DNA from: an uncultured delta proteobacterium
GTDB lineage: Bacteria; Desulfobacterota; Desulfobacteria; Desulfobacterales; JAFDCJ01
NCBI GenBank assembly: GCA_963769935.1
Contig: CAVYNY010000022.1
Coordinates: forward strand, 64,001-128,000
Direction of reading: 5' to 3'
Length of the DNA stretch: 64,000 bases
Position numbers and translations under genes: made by a program
Shown: positions 59,645-64,000 of the stretch, one piece after another
Position numbering within the stretch: the first letter of the stretch is position 1
How the letters are laid out: the number at the start of each line of letters is the position of its first letter
Notes under the pieces: model-generated
What the model saw: the letters and a program-made list of their open reading frames with translations, nothing else
Database searches by the model: none
Told to the model about the DNA's origin: nothing

Positions 59645-61834
59645 ATGCCAATTTTAAATGAATTAAAACATACCCTTCCCAACGTAAAAGCATATAGGCT
59701 AATGCTACAATTATTCAAAGAAAATACGGGCCTTACCGATATCATCGATACTTCAAAAACCATTCGCCAGGCAAAAAAAAGATTAAAGATCTGGGCCTTA
59801 GAGATCCTTTCCGAAAACAAACAGGTCAATGCTTACTATCTCCAGGAAAAAATCGGCAAAAGCCAGCTCGATAAGCTGAGACCCAAAGATTATGCTGCCA
59901 TTCGTATCCTGGATTATATCAAGCATTCCGGCAGGCAATTCAAGGATCTTAATCACAAGGGCGAAATTGTGGAAAACGATCCCTTTGCCATTCTAATGCA
60001 ATGTGCCCGCAAAGGGACTGGCGGAGCCACCCCTGCTTTTTTTTATGACATGATTCACCTGTTCAGACAGTTTTCAGGGCATATAGATCCTGCACCAAAT
60101 AAATTGAAAATTTCATCATGGATGGACAGATATTCTTCAGGTCTTGATCCGGATATCATCCGGCAGCGGGAAAAAAACAAACTTCGGATACTGAAAACCA
60201 TCATTAAAACAATTGATGAAAAAAGAACAAAAAGCAAGCGGTTTAGATTTGAAAAAGGGATGTCACAGAAGGAAAAAATGGCCCTTGCCAAAAAATGGTG
60301 GAACGATCATCAATTTCATCTCAAATTTGCAGTCAGAACCCCTGAAGACCTAAATGAAATGCTTGAGTTCTCCCTTGACAAGGAGACGATGGACAACCTG
60401 AAACAAGCTCAAAAAGTTGGTATTCCCTTCTTTGTCAACCCCTATTACCTGTCGCTTATGGACACCCATGCCTCTCCTGTTTCCCTGGGTGCGGATCTTG
60501 CCATCAGGCAATATATGATCTATTCAAAGGAACTGATCAATGAATTCGGCACTATTCATGCCTGGGAAAAAGAAGATATTGTGGAGCCCGGAAAACCCAA
60601 TGTTGCAGGCTGGATCATTCCAGATGACTGTATCCACAGGCGATATCCCAACGTCGCCATATTAATTCCAAAAAGCATGGGCCGTGCCTGTGGCGGACTG
60701 TGTTCAATCTGCCAGAGAATGTATGGCTTTCAACAAGGTGATTTGAATTTTGACCTTGAAAAATTAAAAGTCAAGAGCTCATTTGGCGAACGCTTGGAAG
60801 CCTCTATCAATTATTTTGAAAATGACTCCCAGTTAAGGGACATCCTCATCACTGGCGGTGATGCTCTGATGAGCACCAATAAAACCCTTCGAAAAGTTTT
60901 TCAAAGCATTTACAATATGGCCAAAAGAAAACGCAGGGCCAATAGGAAAAGAAAAGATGGAGAAAAATACGCACAGATCTTAAGGGTAAGACTGGGCACC
61001 AGGCTTCCGGTTTATCTCCCCATGAGAATCCAGGCTGGTCTTGTAAACATACTTGCCGAGTTCAAAGAAAAAGCTTCAAAAATAGGCATTCAGCAATTTG
61101 TTTTCCAGACCCATTTTGAATCTCCAATGGAGATAACCCCTGAAACAAGATTCTGTGTAGATCAGCTGAATAAAGCCGGGTGGATGGTAACCAACCAGCT
61201 GGTTTTCACATCGGCTGCGTCAAGAAGGGGGCATACGGCTAAACTCCGAAAAGTACTCAACGATATCGGGATTCTTCCCTATTATTCATTTACCGTTAAA
61301 GGATATATGGAAAATAGCCATCTTTTTTCACCCAATGCACGGCTGGTTCAAGAAGGCATGGAAGAAAAGAGTATCGGACTTCTGCCGGATACATTTTTTC
61401 CAGGCCTAAGACAACTGCCTTTAAATGTTGAAAATATAGTTGATAACATCGCCCGGTTGAGAACAGATGCTGACATCCCGTTCCTATCCTCTGACAGGAA
61501 TGTCCTCAATCTTCCGGGGGTCGGCAAGAGTCTTACCTTCAGGACCATCGGCCTTACCAATGACGGCAGAAGAATCCTTGAATTTGATCATGATGCCACA
61601 AGGGAGCATAGCCCAATGATAGAAAAGATAGGAAAAGTCACTATCATTGAATCTAAAAGTATCCATGATTATCTCCAACAGCTTGACAATATGGGCGAAG
61701 ATGTGAGCGAGTATGAATCAATTTATGGATATTCCTTAAGTGAAACAGAACCCAGGAACCCAATCTTTGAATATCCGGCCTATGACTATGATGTAACAAA
61801 AGAAATGACGAATCTGGATCTTCAGTTAGATTAA
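59645..61834 (+). CDS. Long KamA-family (lysine 2,3-aminomutase-like) radical SAM protein, 729 aa
   Basis: IHRRYP, CGGLCSICQR (CxxxCxxC), DILITGGDAL, RLGTRLPV, THFE, NQLV, LPGVGK. The first 21 codons of the listed ORF belong to the RAYT remnant. Confidence 0.88.
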   Translation: MPILNELKHTLPNVKAYRLMLQLFKENTGLTDIIDTSKTIRQAKKRLKIWALEILSENKQVNAYYLQEKIGKSQLDKLRPKDYAAIRILDYIKHSGRQFKDLNHKGEIVENDPFAILMQCARKGTGGATPAFFYDMIHLFRQFSGHIDPAPNKLKISSWMDRYSSGLDPDIIRQREKNKLRILKTIIKTIDEKRTKSKRFRFEKGMSQKEKMALAKKWWNDHQFHLKFAVRTPEDLNEMLEFSLDKETMDNLKQAQKVGIPFFVNPYYLSLMDTHASPVSLGADLAIRQYMIYSKELINEFGTIHAWEKEDIVEPGKPNVAGWIIPDDCIHRRYPNVAILIPKSMGRACGGLCSICQRMYGFQQGDLNFDLEKLKVKSSFGERLEASINYFENDSQLRDILITGGDALMSTNKTLRKVFQSIYNMAKRKRRANRKRKDGEKYAQILRVRLGTRLPVYLPMRIQAGLVNILAEFKEKASKIGIQQFVFQTHFESPMEITPETRFCVDQLNKAGWMVTNQLVFTSAASRRGHTAKLRKVLNDIGILPYYSFTVKGYMENSHLFSPNARLVQEGMEEKSIGLLPDTFFPGLRQLPLNVENIVDNIARLRTDADIPFLSSDRNVLNLPGVGKSLTFRTIGLTNDGRRILEFDHDATREHSPMIEKIGKVTIIESKSIHDYLQQLDNMGEDVSEYESIYGYSLSETEPRNPIFEYPAYDYDVTKEMTNLDLQLD

Positions 61835-61866
61835 AAGAGGCACCGTCATGGTCTCATTTGCATCTG

Positions 61867-62379
61867 TCAGCCATGAAAAGGGAACCAAGATTCTTTTGCC
61901 ATTTCTAGAAAATTTATCGCCTCTGGCCTTGATGATTTCGAATTCATCTTCGGATCAAAATTATCAGCAGCATCACATGCATAGCCTTCAATCATTTTCA
62001 TAAATGTTTTTTCAAGGACGTCAGGTCTACTGAAACAGTCCATACCAGCCACTTTACCGTTGATTACAAAAAGAGTTCCGATCTGGGAGTCCACTCTCGC
62101 AAAATGTTCCGAATAGTCCCGTGACGATTTAGCGTGTTCCCGGCTTCGGATTCGATTGATTTTACGGGGTGATCGTTTCTTTTTGATAAAGCTTTCCGGG
62201 ATTATGACCGTCTCTTTGGCAGGGATCAATATAGTGTTGCCAATATTCCGCTGGTGTCTTGCTTTGGCAGGCTTTTCACCATCATAAATCAAAATTATCT
62301 GGTCAGATTTATTGGTGACCTTGTGTATTAGCGCCGATCCGTTTTGCTGAACTTCCATCACCTCTATATTTTTCGACAA
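61867..62379 (-). pseudogene. Degenerate DUF6569/ARPP-1-like gene
   Basis: KVTNKSDQIILIYDGE....QRNIGNTILIPAK and IGTLFVINGKVAGMDCF resemble the family. Shortened, with no RBS. Confidence 0.55.
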
Positions 62380-62563
62380 AATCTCAGATGCGCTTGCAGA
62401 CGGTGATCGGGTTGAAATACGTGGGCTGTGCTCTTTTTTTGTTAAAGAATATAAATCCTATCAGGGACGGAATCCTAAAACCGGGGAAAGGGTTCCGGTC
62501 GCTCCCAAAAGATTGCCGTTTTTTAAAGTCGGGATGGAATTGAAGGAGCGGGTGGATTATTGA
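62366..62563 (+). pseudogene. IHF/HU-family DNA-binding protein, 5'-truncated
   Basis: Manual translation IFFDKISDALADGDRVEIRGLCSFFVKEYKSYQGRNPKTGERVPVAPKRLPFFKVGMELKERVDY. In-frame stop at 62348 with no start codon before the domain. Confidence 0.85.
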
Positions 62564-62591
62564 TTATATGAACCTTTGGTCTTGTCCGATC

Positions 62592-62816
62592 CTATGGAAT
62601 TTTAAGGCTCCCCTCCGAACCGTTTTGAAAATTTTGACATTCTGACAAATCATCTTTTTCCTTAATAACCTTGATCAGCATTTTCACCTCCGCCGGTTGA
62701 TCTTTTATGATCAGAGCATTCGTTGGCGCATAAGCTGCAATTTTGCCCAGTTGTGAAAGAAAAGGAGCCAGAACATTTGCCAGTTGTTCAGCATCTGCAT
62801 GTTCAAGCGAAACCAT
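62592..62816 (-). pseudogene. Isolated secretin N-domain fragment
   Basis: VSLEHADAEQLANVLAPFLS..GKIAAYAPTNALIIKD. Confidence 0.65.
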
Positions 62817-62872
62817 AAGGAATTGTTTGTCGATAGATCACAGATTCAGGGTCTATCCATTGATATAGCAGC

Positions 62873-63015
62873 GGGCATCCGGTGTTCATCGCTCAGCATG
62901 CAACTGCCTCCTGTTGCCGGGGTGTATTTCAAAATGGCACAGAATCGAGAAGGGTAGGGCGCTGAATGCGGAGGAGATCAATTTTCTAGTGGTTATTGAT
63001 AATGGGGTAGATAGA
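62873..63015 (+). pseudogene. DUF4186 C-terminal remnant
   Basis: GHPVFIAQHATASCCRG, then frameshifted SKWHRIEKGRAL. Confidence 0.75.
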
Positions 63016-63257
63016 GCAGCAACTAACTGAGAGATCTCAAATCAAACCCTGTTCACTAAGATAATCAACGATCAATTTGATCCGGTCCAAATCCCTATCT
63101 TAGGATATGTTTAAAATACGCAGCAGGCTGCGATTTTTTATAATTTTTTTTACATTGATTTACTCTGATTTAAACGCTTGTGGTGGGGCATATGGTGGGG
63201 CAAATCATAAATCGAGTTATAGATAACTAATTATTTCAATATAACTTATTGAAATAA

Positions 63258-63304
<47 letters not shown>

Positions 63305-63807
63305 TACACGCTCTACCATCCGAAACCATCAATAACTATTTAAGATCATAACAATTTCTTGCTCACCCTTTTTCCTTACAGTTTCGTGCATACGGTGCAT
63401 AAAGTGCATACTGTCGTGGCTTTTCATTTGTCGTCGATACAAAAGGGGACAAAATAGGGACAAAATTTTAATTCATTCTGAAAGCTCAACTTTGTGCTGC
63501 CCAGCTGGAATCACAGATTTGGCTTAGCGGTATAATAAATAATTTCAAACTATAAAATCAGGCAAGCTTCTAGGCGGCAAAATTCTTAAAAATTTTGACT
63601 ATTTTTTCTTAAACCGGCCTTATTGTTATTAAAATTATTACGTTAAGCCCAAAACACGGGACAATTTATAGCACAGATCCCTGACTGTCAAACGTTCAGC
63701 GTGGTCCGACCCCAACTCCCCAAACTCCCCCCTTTATGCTGGCTCCCTAAATTCACAAAAACCTGTTTCCGCTGTTTCCGATCAGAAACTTGATGCGAAC
63801 CGACCCT

Positions 63808-63999
63808 TCACCCTAACAGCCGCCGCATAGCCTTTTGACCTCCATCTACTCTTTTCCGCCAACCGGGGCCTTTGTTGCGGGCCTTTTCGAAAGCATCTGT
63901 CAAACTCTCCGGGTCAATTTTTTCAAGCATCTTTTGAAGGTCGAACGATTGCTCGAGGTCCTTTTGGGTCTTCAAAGCGAATCGCCGGTCCCGCTCCTG
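63808..63999 (-). CDS. C-terminus of a probable GSU2403-family nucleotidyltransferase-fold protein (cut by window edge)
   Basis: Manual translation QERDRRFALKTQKDLEQSFDL...AFEKARNKGPGWRKRVDGG. Confidence 0.55.
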   Translation of the reverse strand, partial: QERDRRFALKTQKDLEQSFDLQKMLEKIDPESLTDAFEKARNKGPGWRKRVDGGQKAMRRLLG

Positions 64000-64000
64000 G

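Overview
This is bacterial DNA, most consistent with a sulfate-reducing Desulfobacterota (Desulfobacterales-like) genome. That assignment is inferred from gene content (class II benzoyl-CoA reductase, Sec-containing HdrA/MvhD-like subunits), not from a marker gene. The window has four blocks. (1) 1-37.6 kb: a large trehalose/alpha-glucan and general-stress cluster (glgA x2, DUF5752-treT, glgE-treS/pep2-glgB-treZ-GH57-treY-malQ, sugar ABC transporter, PRC-barrel, USP, EEP, DUF1566, PilZ x2, EAL). Its intergenic spaces hold a family of modular repeats built from 7-9-mers, and a recurring 22-bp candidate operator. (2) 37.9-46.3 kb: a minus-strand bamBCDEF operon with in-frame TGA (selenocysteine) in both bamE and bamF. 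It is headed by a DUF2080 gene whose promoter is covered by a 4x11-bp repeat. (3) 46.3-56.6 kb: an arylsulfatase remnant, an IclR gene broken by a 156-bp MITE, and an operon for a 2-oxoacid:ferredoxin oxidoreductase, a TRAP transporter and an RpiA-like unknown protein. (4) 56.6-64 kb: a decayed island with integrase, RAYT, IHF, DUF6569 and DUF4186 remnants, a GntR plus atypical SHMT-like pair and a KamA-like radical SAM gene, ending at a tRNA-Pro 3' fragment (att site). Several frameshifts (2.1 kb, 18.9-21.1 kb) look like consensus errors. All family calls come from motif recognition; no database searches were run.
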